From: Macrostomum hystrix
Lineage: Eukaryota; Animalia; Platyhelminthes
Direction of reading: 5' to 3'
Assembly (NCBI GenBank): GCA_950097015.1
Contig: CATNEN010000038.1
Location: 4,154,001-4,218,000 of the forward strand
DNA length: 64,000 nucleotides
Made by a program: the position numbers and the translations under genes. The notes beneath the pieces are model-generated. The model was not told the origin of the DNA. It ran no database searches and was given only the letters and a program-made list of their open reading frames with translations. Numbering within the stretch: the first letter of the stretch is position 1; the number at the start of each line of letters is the position of its first letter. Positions 13,156 to 47,272 of the stretch are shown one piece after another.

Positions 13156-13824
13156 ATACCAAATTGCATATCACAATATTATTCTGCAAAAAGTTTACCT
13201 AGTATAAAATATATATTTCTTACCTCATCGTGTCACCTGCTGCGTTATACTCAAGCAGAGACAGATTGAGACGCTTTTAAAAGGCATAACTAATTTACTA
13301 AAGAGTTTTGAGTTTAGTTCTGTAAACGAGAAGCCTGCTCAGGGTTTTGAGGCGGGGTTAGAGATGCGGCGGTTTGTTTGCCTTCTTGATGTGTGCGTGC
13401 TCAACTGTGCATTTTCTAGAATAACTAGGCTGGCCAGCTGACTGCCAGCTTCAGGCCAATGAGCTATTCGGTGTACAGTTGGGGTATAGAGTAGGGCAAA
13501 TGCCACAGGTACTGTGCTGGGTGATGCGTGTGCGTGGCCTGTAGTTTCTGTATTTAGGAAGCACCGAATCTAATAAAGCCTTGGGTGCTGTTATACCAGA
13601 GACAGTTGCAGTGTTAGTTGCAATAAGCAACTAAACTATTACAATACTACCCATCATGGCTGTGTATAACCATATTAGTTCATTTAAGTAAGTATCTGTT
13701 TATTGTGATAGTCAAATTGCTCCTTGGTCTGTATCAACTTCATCGTTTGTGAGGTAAGAAATTGACTATTATTAAATGCAAGATAGCATCAGCTGTACAT
13801 GCAAGATAGGATCAGCTGTACATG

Positions 13825-14040
13825 CAGTGGCGGCGCAGGGGGGGCGGGCTGCCCCCGGGTGACCACCCCTCACCACCCTCAGGGGATGACCACCCACTTA
13901 AAAAAAATTGGTACTTTACCATATTTTTTCAAAAGTGTGGTCACCCCATGGGGCATGGGGGTGGTCACCTGAGACCTCAGGGGGGGTGACCACCCAACCA
14001 CCGCCCCCCCCCCCCAGCTGGAGGTCCTGCGCCGCCACTG
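13825..14040. mobile_element. hAT-type MITE
   Basis: TIR CAGTGGCGGCGCAGG...CCTGCGCCGCCACTG; 8-bp TSD TGTACATG (13817-13824, 14041-14048); inserted in a short 23-bp tandem repeat. Confidence 0.9.
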
Positions 14041-14209
14041 TGTACATGCAAGATAGGATCAGCTGTACATGCAAGATAGTTCAGCTGTACATGCAAGATA
14101 GTTCAGCTGTACATGCTGGATTGATGAGCTGTAGATGCTAGATTAATCAGCTGTAGATGCTGTAAAGCAGAGAGCCGGATGATAAAGCAGAGAGCCGGAT
14201 GATAAAGGA

Positions 14210-16360
14210 GAGAGCTGGAGAATGGGATGAGAGGGCTGGAGGATGGAAGGAGAGAGCTGGAGGATGGGATGAGAGGGCTGGAGGATGGAAGGAGAGAGCT
14301 GGAGGATGGGATGAGAGAGCTGGAGGATGGGATGAGAGCTGGAGAATGGGATGAGAGAGCTGGAGGATGGAAGGAGAGAGCTGGAGGATGGAAGGAGAGA
14401 GCTGGAGGATGGAAGGAGAGAGCTGGAGGATGGAAGGAGAGAACTGGAGGATGGGATGAGAGAGCTGGAGGATGGAAGGAGAGAGCTGGAGGATGGAAGG
14501 AGAGAGCTGGAGGATGGAAGGAGAGAACTGGAGGATGTGATGAGAGAGCTGGAGGATGGAAGGAGAGAGCTGGAGGATGGAAGGAGAGAACTGGAGGATG
14601 GGATGAGAGAGCTGGAGGATGGGATGAGAGAGCTGGAGGATGGAAGGAGAGAGCTGGAGGATGGGATGAGAGAGCTGGAGGATGGAAGGAGAGAGCTGGA
14701 GGATGGAAGGAGAGAACTGGAGGATGGGATGAGAGAGCTGGAGGATGGAAGGAGAGAGCTGGAGGATGGAAGGAGAGAGCTGGAGGATGGAAGGAGAGAA
14801 CTGGAGGATGGGATGAGAGAGCTGGAGGATGGAAGGAGAGAGCTGAAGGATGGGATGAGAGAGCTGGAGGATGGAAGGAGAGAGCTGGAGGATGGAAGGA
14901 GAGAGCTGGAGGATGGAAGGAGAGAACTGGAGGATGGGATGAGAGAGCTGGAGGATGGGATGAGAGAGCTGGAGGATGGAAGGAGAGAGCTGGAGGATGG
15001 GATGAGAGAGCTGGAGGATGGAAGGAGAGAGCTGGAGGATGGAAGGAGAGAGCTGGAGGATGGAAGGAGAGAGCTGGAGGATGGAAGGAGAGAACTGGAG
15101 GATGGGATGAGAGAGCTGGAGGATGGAAGGAGAGAGCTGGAGGATGGGATGAGAGAGCTGGAGGATGGAAGGAGAGAACTGGAGGATGGGATGAGAGAAC
15201 TGGAGGATGGAAGGAGAGAACTGGAGGATGGGATGAGAGAGCTGGAGGATGGAAGGAGAGAGCTGGAGGATGGGATGAGAGAGCTGGAGGATGGGATGAG
15301 AGAGCTGGAGGATGGAAGGAGAGAGCTGGAGGATGGAAGGAGAGAGCTGGAGGATGGAAGGAGAGAACTGGAGGATGGGATGAGAGAGTTGGAGGATGGG
15401 ATGAGAGAGCTGGAGGATGGAAGGAGAGAGCTGGAGGATGGGATGAGAGAGCTGGAGGATGGAAGGAGAGAGCTGGAGGATGGAAGGAGAGAGCTGGAGG
15501 ATGGAAGGAGAGAGCTGGAGGATGGAAGGAGAGAACTGGAGGATGGGATGAGAGAGCTGGAGGATGGAAGGAGAGAGCTGGAGGATGGAAAGAAAGAGCT
15601 GGAGGATGGAAGGAGAGAACTGGAGGATGGGATGAGAGAGCTGGAGGATGGAAGGAGAGAGCTGGAGGATGGGATGAGAGAGCTGGAGGATGGAAGGAGA
15701 GAGCTGGAGGATGGAAGGAGAGAGCTGGAGGATGGAAGGAGAGAACTGGAGGATGGGATGAGAGAGCTGGAGGATGGGATGAGAGAGCTGGAGGATGGAA
15801 GGAGAGAGCTGGAGGATGGAAGGAGAGAGCTGGAGGATGGAAGGAGAGAGCTGGAGGATGGAAGGAGAGAGCTGGAGGATGGAAGGAGAGAACTGGAGGA
15901 TGGGATGAGAGAGCTGGAGGATGGGATGAGAGAGCTGGAGGATGGAAGGAGAGAGCTGGAGGATGGGATGAGAGAGCTGGAGGATGGAAGGAGAGAGCTG
16001 GAGGATGGAAGGAGAGAACTGGAGGATGGGATGAGAGAGCTGGAGGATGGAAGGAGAGAGCTGGAGGATGGAAGGAGAGAGCTGGAGGATGGAAGGAGAG
16101 AACTGGAGGATGGGATGAGAGAGCTGGAGGATGGAAGGAGAGAGCTGGAGGATGGGATGAGAGAGCTGGAGGATGGAAGGAGAGAACTGGAGGATGGGAT
16201 GAGAGAACTGGAGGATGGAAGGAGAGAACTGGAGGATGGGATGAGAGAGCTGGAGGATGGAAGGAGAGAACTGGAGGATGGGATGAGAGAGCTGGAGAAT
16301 GGGATGAGAGAGCTGGAGGATGGAAGGAGAGAACTGGAGGATGGGATGAGAAAGCTGGAG
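14210..16360. repeat. 21-bp purine-rich tandem minisatellite (~100 copies)
   Basis: Variants GAGAGCTGGAGGATGGAAGGA / ...GGGATGA / GAGAACTG...; produces spurious long ORFs. Confidence 0.95.
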
Positions 16361-16467
16361 GAGTGCTATGAAACAGCGTGCCAAGAAGCCCTATTGATTT
16401 CCATAGTAGTTGATGTCAAAGTGTGCATACATTTATGCATGCAGGCCTCAAATCGTTCACACTGCGG

Positions 16468-18107
16468 ATGGACGACGTTGAACAGCAGCAGCAGCTGGCG
16501 CACGATCACAGCATAGACAACCTTCGCAGCGGCGGTGCTGAACAGTCGGCGATCTATGCCGTCGCCTCGCTGGGCCTGCTGAGCAACCTGGGTTTGATCG
16601 GCATGATCCTAGCCCAGCAACACACACGACGCCTCCGCCTGGCCTTCCTGTTGCACTCGGCCCTACTAAACCTGCTGATGTGTGGCCTGGCGTTCGCCTT
16701 CGGCAATGGCCTTCGTGCGGCTGGCATCTCCAGCGACTCGTGCCGAAACCTGACGACCAGCTACATCATCTTCCAGACTGTGTGGGTGTTCAACCTAATC
16801 CCGACCGTCTGCTGCGAGATCTATTACCTGGACTCCGGTGCCGGACGGCCGCGAGGCTCCGCCTGCTGTGTGGGCTTTGGCGTCACCCTGGTGTACACGT
16901 GCAGTGCCATTCTGCACCTGGGACCCACTCTGATTGGTGCCAACTACGACTGGGCTGGCAAGGACGCGCGCTGCATGTTCCTGCACGGCCATCCGAAGAA
17001 CTATGCTGTGTATCTCATGTGGATGGCCATTGTAACCGTGAGTCGCTTTTTCACTTCTCTGAAGTTTCACTTCTCTAAAGTTTCACTTCTCTGAAGTTTC
17101 ACTTCTCTGAAGTTTCACTTCTCTGAAGTTTCACTTCTCTGAAGTTTCACTTCTCTGAAGTTTCACTTCTCTGAAGTTTCACTTCTCTGAAGTTTCACTT
17201 CTCTGAAGTTTCACTTCTCTGAAATCTCTGAATGGAAGTTATATTAGTCCATTTTCTCGGTGCAGTTAGTGACGGACACAACCACATTGTTAACCTATGC
17301 CAGGTGGCCCTGGGTGTTACGGCATACTATCTGGCAACCTTCCATCGCTCAATCGACAGTTCAATGCGCTGTCGCTTGCGCAACGCCGCCCTCGGCGGTT
17401 TGCAGAAGAAGCGCTCAGCCGTGGCTACCAGCTCCTCGGCGAAGGCTTCAGCAGCCGCGGCAACCATGGCTGAGGCCATGCTCAACTCCGATGCACTTTT
17501 AGCAGGTCGCCTATCCGATCTGGCCGCGCTGAAAGCCAATCGAAACCGAGTCCTCTGGGGCGTGTTCGGCATCTTCGTGGCCTGCTGGTGCCCGCTCTAC
17601 CTGCTGGTGCTGGCCGATCCGCAGTTCAAAGCGCCCCTGCCGGTCTATCACCTGTTCACCGTGCTTGGCTTCGCCAAGACTGTGTTTGAGCCGCTGTGCA
17701 TCGCAGCCTTCGATAGGGCCGTCGGCCGGCCCTTCATGCGGCTCTGGCCCTGCACCAGGCAGCTGCGCTACGTCAGCGAGGAGGAGATCGACGCAAGGCT
17801 ATCCTCGGCAGCATCGGCTGGCTGTCCCGAGCGATCCGATTCGACATCCGTCATCGCATCGGCTTCGACTGCAGGTCGACGCACAGGCGCTTCAGCAGCG
17901 GCAGCTTCTCCGTCGCCGCCCATTTTGCTGTCTGGTAGAGCGCCCGGGCCGAGGTTTCTGCTGACAACGCCGGATAATTTCTCTGCGAATGACGCCATCG
18001 GAGTTTTCGGCGGCGGCGGGGGCTTCAACGAGGAGAGGTTCGGGCGCTACTCGCCAGCAGCACCGGACCAGATGTTTAGCCCGGCGTCTCCGTTAGGCTT
18101 CTATTAA
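16468..18107 (+). CDS. Orphan rhodopsin-like GPCR (SREB/GPR85-like), 2 coding exons
   Basis: Exons 16468-17037 and 17304-18107 (phase 0); about seven hydrophobic segments; TM1 GLLSNLGL, ECL2 YDWAGKDARCMF, TM6 FVACWCPLY, TM7 FEP; subfamily assignment is tentative. Confidence 0.75.
17048..17225. repeat. 16-bp intronic minisatellite
   Basis: Unit CTCTGAAGTTTCACTT. Confidence 0.9.
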
Positions 18108-19016
18108 GTATAGGTCGGCGTGCATGCCTATTCTAATACGATATTCTGCAGGCCAGATGACAATTTGTTAACAAGCAGTTTGTGTACATTTTTAGCTCAA
18201 AGTAGTCACTTCATTCGCTTAGTTCCTTTTTTTCTGCCGGAAATTCTCGCATAATTATTTTCTTTTGTTTTTCACTGTAGGCTATAAAATGGCATACATT
18301 TACGTCCCAGTTCGAGTCTTTCTGGTCTAATAACTATAAATCATCAAATCGACTTAACTTAGAAAAAGTCTGCTCAAGATGATTGGTGCTTTCTATGCGA
18401 GTATTACATGTGAGTATTACTGCATGTCATTAAGCATAGTGATCCGTTTGGTGGTATAATTGTATAATAGTACCTTATAACCCTTTACGTATAATGTACG
18501 AAATGATAAAAAAATAATTTCAGTATCTATGCATTCATTATGATTAGTTAGTTCTTTTAATTACAAGTAACCAGATCTTGGGCCACGTACATTTACATTC
18601 AGTGGCAAAACTGCTGTCGTCTGTAGTCTGTAGTCACTATAGCCTGTAGTTAATGGCTTTATATAGTAGTCTTACATCGTACATCTTACATAGAATGACT
18701 TACTTAATGTATACAGCAAATCTTTGAGGCTTGCTAAATAACACTAAAATACAAAATTAATACATTTTAACAAAAAATGTTTTATAAGCAAAACTTATAC
18801 TTACCTATATAAATTCATACAATATATACACGGGGCAAGCCAAGCTAAACTGTAAATGTCATTTTTAAAACATTCTTTGAGAGCGTCACATATTTAAATA
18901 AGGTGTAGCGAAGCACTAAAATAGTATTCAAATGTGAAGAATCTTTGGTTCACAGCCAACCTTTAGAAGAAATAACGAAAAATCGTTGTAAATTTTATGG
19001 AGATCTGCAGTACATG

Positions 19017-20185
19017 TGTAATAAAATGAATTTCCTAGCTGGAGCGAGAGAAGTTTTAAAGCTAGCGACTATTCACTATTCACCGGGGTCGGTGTCCTAC
19101 CAATCGTTTCAATAGCAGCAGGGAAATCTGGAATTAAATAGCGTTAGAGACTGCGGTAGCGAGCGAGTGGAATAAGCGAAGAGACCCGCGTGTCGTCCTC
19201 CGGCCCGGCGAAACTCCCAATGAAAAAGGAATAACACAGTGTGAACACAAGACTCGAATAATTTGATTAGACGTGATTTGATCAGCTGTGACTAAGATTC
19301 CAGATACGAATAGGAATTACTTTGAATATAGTTTACTTGACTTAAAAGTTATACTGACAGATAGATGTTCGCACGGAAATAAATCATAGCGCGCTCACAG
19401 TGAGAAGCAAGTCTGGTCTAACAATTTGGATATAACAATTTTTACTTAACTGGCCTAATCCGCGCCCTACTCTTCCCGAGAGGCTCCGGTTGTCTCTGCT
19501 TTCAGCGCTGCCCCGACAGATCCTATCGGTTGGCACTCCTTCTGCCTGACGGCGGAGTCTCCGAAGAGAGCACGTACTGACTTCGACAACCAGCGCCTAT
19601 CTAGACCACCCTTGTCAGCGGCGCACTCTCAAGACGCGTAGCGCCGAAAGCTACCTAACTGAACAAGCGGAGTGTGGTCGGGCGGGGAGGGACAAAACAA
19701 GTGGGCTAGTTTGCACGTGCTTCTCACAGTGTGAGGCGAATTGCGGAGAACGATAATTTGCACGTGCTTCTCACAGTGTGAGGCGAATTGCGGAGAAAAG
19801 AGAGAAAGATAATTTGGACTACAAAAACACGCTTCGTTATATAGAGTCATTTTAACCCCAAATTAGGTCGATCGGCGAGGTGGATGCCTGGCTGTAGCTT
19901 GAGCCAAGGCGACAAATCACATTAGACTTGCGACCGCCGTTCTGAGCCCCGGGGTCGCTTCTTGCCGAGGGTAGACAGGTAGTGAGGCCGGGTCGCTCGC
20001 TGATTGGCCGGGACCGTAGCCCAGAGGTAGCGCTCGCGGGGTGGTGGGCGTCCGTTCCCCCAGCTGGTCCGGCCCGGCTTGGCGTGGATGAACTCTTAGC
20101 AAAAAAACACACGCGTCTAAAAATAGACAATTAAGCACTGAAAAATAACACGGGGAGATAGAAGTACAAACAAGCTGACACTACA
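19017..20185. mobile_element. Solo LTR (probably minus orientation)
   Basis: Starts TGTA and ends TACA; 4-bp TSD CATG (19013-19016, 20186-20189); GC-rich interior, internal 47-bp direct repeat ~19709-19797, TATA-like TATATAA on minus strand near 19840; no coding remnant seen. Confidence 0.7.
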
Positions 20186-22043
20186 CATGCAAATAAAGAA
20201 CGATTCTTTAATTTTGCAAGTAGAGATGAGATTATTATACAGAAGTGAAATATATCCATCGACGCACTATTTAAGGAGATTACTGTCGAACGCTATGCTT
20301 AGTGCTGTGAATTTTCCCGAATTGTGTTTTTTTCGCGCGTATGCAAGAGTGAAAATAAAAACGTAAACCCGTATAGTTTAGTGTTGCTTAGCATAACAAA
20401 CTCTTAATGATGCGTGATAAGTTTATGATAACTTCTTAAAGTTTGTGTTTAAATGTTTTTTACACTAATATATATATCACCATATTTCGATAAAACTATA
20501 TTTTAAGTTTTTTAGCCAACTTAAAACCGAAAACTTTGTAATTCAAATTTCCCGTTTCGAGGAAATTAGCTCGCATTGACCTACAACGTATATTCTTATT
20601 ACATGCTTCTTAAAATCCTAGCTTGCTAAATATACTCGGCCCCAATCTATATAATAATTTTATTGCTTTACGTTAGGATTTAGAACTTCTCTATGTTTAG
20701 TTGAATCTTTTCTGATCAGATGTCTGATGGTTTCGTTATTTCCGAAATATACTAGCTAGAGTCTATACTAGGGTAACTAGAGTTACTAGACTAGACTTAA
20801 AGTAGTCTGTGTACTGTGTGGAGTGCAAATATATTGTTTTAGCTAGCTAAGAGGAAATATTTATTTGCCTTGTTTAATTATATGGTTTAATTTTCTTTTA
20901 CTTTATTGTAGCGCAGAAAAAGCCTTTTTTTACTAACAAGTCAGCATAGTAAAATGTATTCAAGTTCAAGTTCAACTTCAACAGCCTTGTAATTATTTAT
21001 TCAATCTTTTTGTTGTTGCGTCCTTCAAAGGATAAAATAACGGCTACAAATTAAAATCAAATATTACATACTTTATATAGCAAAATATTACATAATGTAG
21101 CTATTAAATCTAGTCAATCAATGTCATAAAATTCAAGGCATATTTTTATTACCCTGTTTGTGAATTATTAGTAAAATTCTGTGTTGTTGTAGCTAGCCTT
21201 ATAAAACGACTAAAAAACTATAAAGAGTGTCTTAAAAACAGAGCCAAATAAACTGTCAACTGTGGTGCTCCTTCTCAAGCAACAAGTTTAAAACTTTACT
21301 GATTAGATGAAAACACTTTTAAATGTAATAAGTGTTAAATCAGTGAGCTTTTTAAACAATTATCTTCCCAATTTGGTGAAAGTAAAGAGCTCAATTATCA
21401 TAAGCTGCTAAGGTCTGGTTAGTTTACTAATGTATCATACCAGACAACTACAGAATTAGACAAATTTTACAATTAGCTGCCAAAACTGTCTTCTCATTTT
21501 CTCTAACATTTAGTTGGGCTAAGAAACTACAAAGAGGTTGAACTAGTCTATGGCCAAAGCTTATGTTGAAGATATGAGCTGATGTCATCATGAAATAGAA
21601 AAATGATACTCCATCTATTTTTCTTAAAGATCAGATCAGCTGATCATGAATTCGCTAATCAACATTTAGATGTTTTTAACTGTTTGTAACTGTGAGGCCA
21701 TGAAATCCCTGTTAGCCAAGCCACATAATCCTAGATAGCCTTAATATGGTATAGCAGAATCATCTGGAGTTGAAAATTTACTGAAGAAAGCTTAGGCCTA
21801 ATAGGAAACCCCTGATATATAAGACATTTGATTTGATTATCATTTAACCAAGAATTAAAAATATATACTTGGGTGACCTGTGTCTCAAAGACAGCTTTGC
21901 CTCATTGTAATTTAAATCATTTTAACAGTATTTTAACTAGAACTATTATGAGAAATGCTTTGAGAAGTGTTGTTTCTTTCTTTGTTTCTATCGCAAAATA
22001 GTCAGAACATTGAATAATTTGCAGAAATATAATTATTTGCATT

Positions 22044-22337
22044 AGGGAGTGAGTGGCACAGTGGTCAAAACATTTGCTTCCTGCACCAATGTCCTTGAGC
22101 TCGATTCCACATTCAAGCTCAAGGCCACATTCATTTAGGGCACAGCCTTAGGGGGCTTGTCATGCAATTTAGGGCCAACCTCCAAGGCACTGTGTACAGT
22201 ATCTGTGTGCATATGTGCTCAGGAGTTAGCAAAATGGGCAGAATTGCCTCCTTGATAGCTTCGGGTCTAGTGTCACCAAATGATGTGTCATTGCCCACAG
22301 CCCTCCTGCTATAATAATAATAATAATTATTATTATT
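22044..22337 (+). mobile_element. tRNA-derived SINE-like element
   Basis: A-box TGGCACAGTGG (~22054), degenerate B-box GCTCGATTCC (~22099), 3' (TAA)n/(TTA)n tail. Confidence 0.55.
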
Positions 22338-22480
22338 CTTACCATAAGTCTGTTTAAAACAAAATAAACTTGAGCTAAGACCTAAGCCATCTGCAAAAAA
22401 TGCCATTTAAGCATTCAATCAGAGCATATAGTGCTGCTGGAGCTGCAGAGAAGCTTGCAAAAGCCAAGGTGCGAGCCGAA

Positions 22481-42500
<20,020 letters not shown>

Positions 42501-43779
42501 TTGTGATCCTATCAAAGAATTGCAATGAGCATACGCTTATATAAGTATTGTATTCCAACTGTTCATTCTACTATTCAGTTTTCTGCTCTGCCACGAGTCA
42601 TAAATATCATTTACCGGTTTTATAAAAAACTAGCTGTCAGTCATTTTTTGTAGCGCCTATGTAGCGTTGGTTTTATGTTTTTCAATAATTACATCACATC
42701 ATGCTTCAACTTTGCAAAAAAATTCATAAAAAAATTACTCTATACTGTCGTTTTTGTGACTCCGTTGAATACAGTTTTGAAGAACTTGTTTTATTAACTA
42801 TATATTATCTATAGATTTGAGATTAATGTAGTATCTCAAATCTTAGAATGGCTTTATCTAGATTGAAGTAGATTTTTTGTTTTGCTTTTGTGTTCCTCAT
42901 TTCTAAAAAAGCATGTCTAAATTAATACCTTCGTATAAAACTGGTGAGTCGATTTGCAGAAGCATGCTTGTTCGTGGATTATTTCCTATTAACAGCTGCA
43001 CTATTTATTTAATTGATCTCAGGGACTCTATATACAGTATTTAGTAGTCCCTGTTTGATCTAATCGGTACGTTTACTGCTTTCCGACATAAGCAGTTCCA
43101 ACATTGCGTACAGTTTATATATTTGAAGTGTTCTTGGTCAATTTTTTGACCGAATCTAGATCTCACTGCTTCAATTTTACGCAAGAAGCAAATTATTTTG
43201 GATAATTTAGGAATTTATTCACGTAAGAGTAAAAATATATAATGCAATGTGACTTATTGGTATTTTTAGGCTTTATACTTTTTATAGATAAAACTGCTGT
43301 TTTTGTTAAACCAAATAGATTCCTACAAACAAATTGACGGGTTTTCAGTGGTTTTTAAACAACAAGGATTTATCAACTCATTGCAAAAATGTTAGCTAGG
43401 CCTACTACTACATCTGGTTGTCCCTGTTTCAAATAAAATTTTTATCTTACCTTGCATTACTTATATAAAACAGGCGATTATGGACTGATAAATCATTGTG
43501 TAGAAATTGGCTAATGCTTTCCTTTCTAGGCTCTTCTAGGCTTATGCATGATTTTAAACTATTAATGTGTACTTTGCTTTATGTAGCTATGTCATATCTG
43601 CAAAGGTAAAGCATTATCTAGTACAAAAGGATTGGTGTACAAAGGAGATTTCTGTGGTACAATGTCTTGCTTCAGGGACATGCAAGCGTGTGCATAAAAA
43701 CTAATGGGGACCAATTATACTTATAATTATATATATTACGAGCTAAACTCCTCCTCCGGAGGAGGTTGAGAGGAGAGAA

Positions 43780-44615
43780 CTCCCATCGCCTGATCTCCAA
43801 TCGCCTGATCTTCCCCCGCCTGATCTCCCACCGTCTCATCTCCTATCGCCTGATCTCCCATCGCCTCATCTCCCATCGCCTCATCTCCCATCGCCTCATC
43901 TCCCATCGCCTGATCTCCCATTGCCTGATCTCCCATCGCCTCATCTCCCGTCGCCTGATCTCCCATCGCCTCATCTCCCATCACCTGATCACCCATCACC
44001 TCATCTCCCATCGCCTAATCTCCCATTGCATCATCTCCCATCGTCTCATCTCCCATCGCCTCATCTCCTATCGCCTGATCTCCCATCGCCTAATCTCCCA
44101 TCGCCTCATCTCCCATCGCCTCATCTCCCATCGCCTCATCTCCCGTCGCCACATCTCCTATCGCCTGATCTCCCATCGCCTCATTTCTCATTGCCTCATC
44201 TCCCGTCGCCACATCTCCCATCGCCTGATCTCCCATCGCCTGATCTCCCATCGCCTCATCTCCCATCGCCTGATCTCCCATCGCCTGATCTCCCATCGCC
44301 TGATCTCCCATCGCCTCATCTCCCATCGCCTCATCTCCCATCGCTTCATCTCCCATTGCCTCATCTCCCATCGCCTCATCTTCCATCACCTGATCACCCA
44401 TCACCTCATCTCCCATCGCCTAATCTCCCATCGCATCATCTCCCATCGTCTCATCTCCCATCGCCTGATCTCCCATCGCCTGATCTCCCATCGCCTCATC
44501 TCCGATCGCCTGATCTCCCATCGCCTGATCTCCCATCGCCTCATCTCCGATCGCCTGATCTCCCATCGCCTGATCTCCCATTGCCTGATCTCCCATTGCC
44601 TGATCTCAAATCGCC
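43780..44615. repeat. 15-bp minisatellite
   Basis: Unit CTCCCATCGCCTSAT; produces spurious ORFs. Confidence 0.95.
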
Positions 44616-44654
44616 TCAGTTCTTTTCAAATGTTAAAAAGCAAAATAATAATTC

Positions 44655-45236
44655 ACTGTTGAAATTTCATTGCCTTTAGCGCAAAGGGCAGCCAGTTTTT
44701 TAGTAAGTACATTCTTCTCCGCCTACACTGAGAGGCCCGCAAATTTTATCAATTGAATTTTAACCCAGCCAACTCTGCCCTGCCCATTGTACGCACTTCA
44801 ATATTGAACAAATCAGACCCCTCAATAGAAATAACTCGCGGCACCCTCTCTCCGCCAATACACAGGGACAGTTAGAATGTGCGTACGGCCAACTCTCCGC
44901 CCCATTTTCAAACCGACTGCCAACCCTCCACTGGAGAGAAAATACACTAAACAGATAGGCACAAAATGTTGACGCAACTCATTTAATCGAGGCCAATTTC
45001 ATCACAGCGGGAAGAACATTTGCCTACTATATACTACTTAATAGCCTTTCTGCTTTTTTGAGGATCATAGAATTTGAAATTTCAGAATTAAAATAGCCTA
45101 TAGCCTTCCTCGGAAAATTTCCCATTTTCCCATATAAGTTTCAACGCTGAGTTGCCAGTATTCTAGGAGGAGATGTCGAACTGACACACACACAGACACA
45201 CAGACAAACAACACGTGAAAATTAGTATATTTAGAG
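44655..45236 (-). mobile_element. Possible non-autonomous Helitron/Helentron (DINE-like) element
   Basis: Minus-strand start TCTAAATATACTAATTTTCACG followed by GTCT/GT microsatellite; hairpin TGCCTTT-AGCGC-AAAGGGCA near the other end; ends not crisp. Confidence 0.4.
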
Positions 45237-45726
45237 GTACTTTTAGTACTTTTAGTTTTTTTATACAAACACAATCGTACTAACTAGCCATCAACAAAAT
45301 AATTATACTTCTAAATTATAAAGTTCAACAAAACCTATAGGCCCCAAAGTACTACATAACCAAACTTACAAACTATTTTTGTATACAATTAAAAAACTAG
45401 CTTTTAGGTTTATTGCCTATTGGCTCAAAATGTCTATAACACTAGCAAAGAATAAGATCAAATCCAGTTTGTCGAATTGTCTTTGCCTCTTCTCTCTTTC
45501 CATTTTCTTCTGCCCACAGCTCAAATTCAGACTGCAATGCCTAAAATTCTTTCTGATTTGCAAGGTGCTGATTTTAAATATAGCAACTAATTATGCAAAG
45601 TGCTAATTTTAAAAAATAGTTAGTTTTTATGCTTATAGTTATAGTTATAGAGATTAGGTACTTGTTTTTTGTTTAAAAATATGTTAGGCCCTAGCCAATG
45701 AATGAATTCACATTTTTTAGTCTTTA

Positions 45727-46369
45727 GGGTAATGTATCATCAACCAAACAAGAATGTGTATTTTTTGAACTTCAAACCTAAGCTACAGATTTTCTATTTA
45801 AGATATGATGATAAATCAAAAACCAAGTTATAGAAAACAGTTACATCTTTCTAAAAAGTATCTGCTTTTGCTATTTTATCAAATAGAAAAAAAGTTATTC
45901 CTGCTTTTTATCTAAAACCGAACAATGATTTTCATTTATCTTCAAGCCAAACAGAGAATTTGATGTTTGGTTTTACAATTTGAGTGAGTGGTTTAATCTT
46001 ATTTTAAGGAGTGAACTATCATTAATTATATAATTTGAATGCATTTTTCATGCTCTATAAATAACTACATTTATGGTCATTTAATTGGCAAGCAACCACA
46101 TACAATCTTCATCTAAAGTACATACTGAAAAAATGTTGTTAAAAAGTATGCTTATGCAATAAAAATTTCTACTGAAACATCAATATCTTTCTTTCCTCTT
46201 AATGCTTCATTGCACATCATGCCTCAGCTTGTAGATAATTTCTTCAACTTTCAAATTAGTTGTTCTGTGAAACACAATAGCTTGTTTCTGTCTTGCACAG
46301 GACCAAGGAAGAAGTCAAAATTCTTGTTCGGTTTTGAAGATACACTGTTTGGTTGATGATACATTACCC
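45727..46369. mobile_element. MITE (TA target), copy 2
   Basis: Same TIRs and body as 9460-10098, same orientation, TA flanks. Confidence 0.9.
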
Positions 46370-47272
46370 TAGGCAGAATTTTTTCTCTATGCACATGTCA
46401 AGGTGTAGATCTATGTAGGCCTAGTGTTTGATATGTAAACATTTCATAAACTAAGTATACTTAACAGTCAATATAAAAGCAAAAATAAAAACAAATTATT
46501 TTGTTTCCATAAAAACAAAATTTATAGAAAGTAAGGTTAGATGCATTTATGATATGCCTTAGGCCTTAGCTTAGTGTGGAGCCAATAGAATTTGAGCCAC
46601 ATGGGTATATAAAATTGCTTCTATACAAGCAATGTATTGATAGTAACTAACTAATTAAATGGAGCCCCACTGGCCACAAGTGGCCCAAAGGTCAGTTATT
46701 GATTACATTACCTTTAATAACAATATATGTGCTTTTCAGTAATAATTCATTGTTTTGTAATAATGTTTAAGTCTATGTACAAATGTATAAATCAAAAGCT
46801 AACTTTTTTTCAGGAAACTGATATGATTAAGTTCCTAATTCAATTCTAAAGAAATATTTCCCAGGCTCTTTATTTAGGGTGCTAAAATAATGTGTTCACT
46901 TTGCTCATGTGATTTGGTGATGTCTAGTAATGTATAAAGATAGAAAAAATTACCATAGCAACAGAAATTCTTAGTTACTTTTATTTTAACAAATATAAAA
47001 CTATCAATTATTGCACAATGTAATCAATTAATTATTTATTGCATATTGTTGTTTTGTTTTTGTATTTAGCTATTACAAGATAGAAAAGAAAAAACACATC
47101 AATTGCCTAATAATGAATGGTTAACTATACAAAGGTTGTTTTAGAAATAAATAAAAATGAACAATGCATGCTAGCAGTTTATAGTATATATGATTGAATG
47201 AGTTTAAGGCTAGAAAATATAAACAAAATCAACATATAACATACTTGTATGTTGTTTACAGTTTAACATCAA

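Noticed and set aside
14147-16516. Three 700+ aa ORFs (RRELEDG, GGWKERA, LSPSILQ repeats)
   Set aside because: Stop-free translations of a 21-bp satellite on both strands; no link to a real exon
19180-19225. Possible HDV-like ribozyme (CCTCC...GGCGAA)
   Set aside because: Could not build the nested double pseudoknot by eye
43736-44679. HRLIS / LPSPD / GDEAM repeat ORFs
   Set aside because: Translations of a 15-bp satellite
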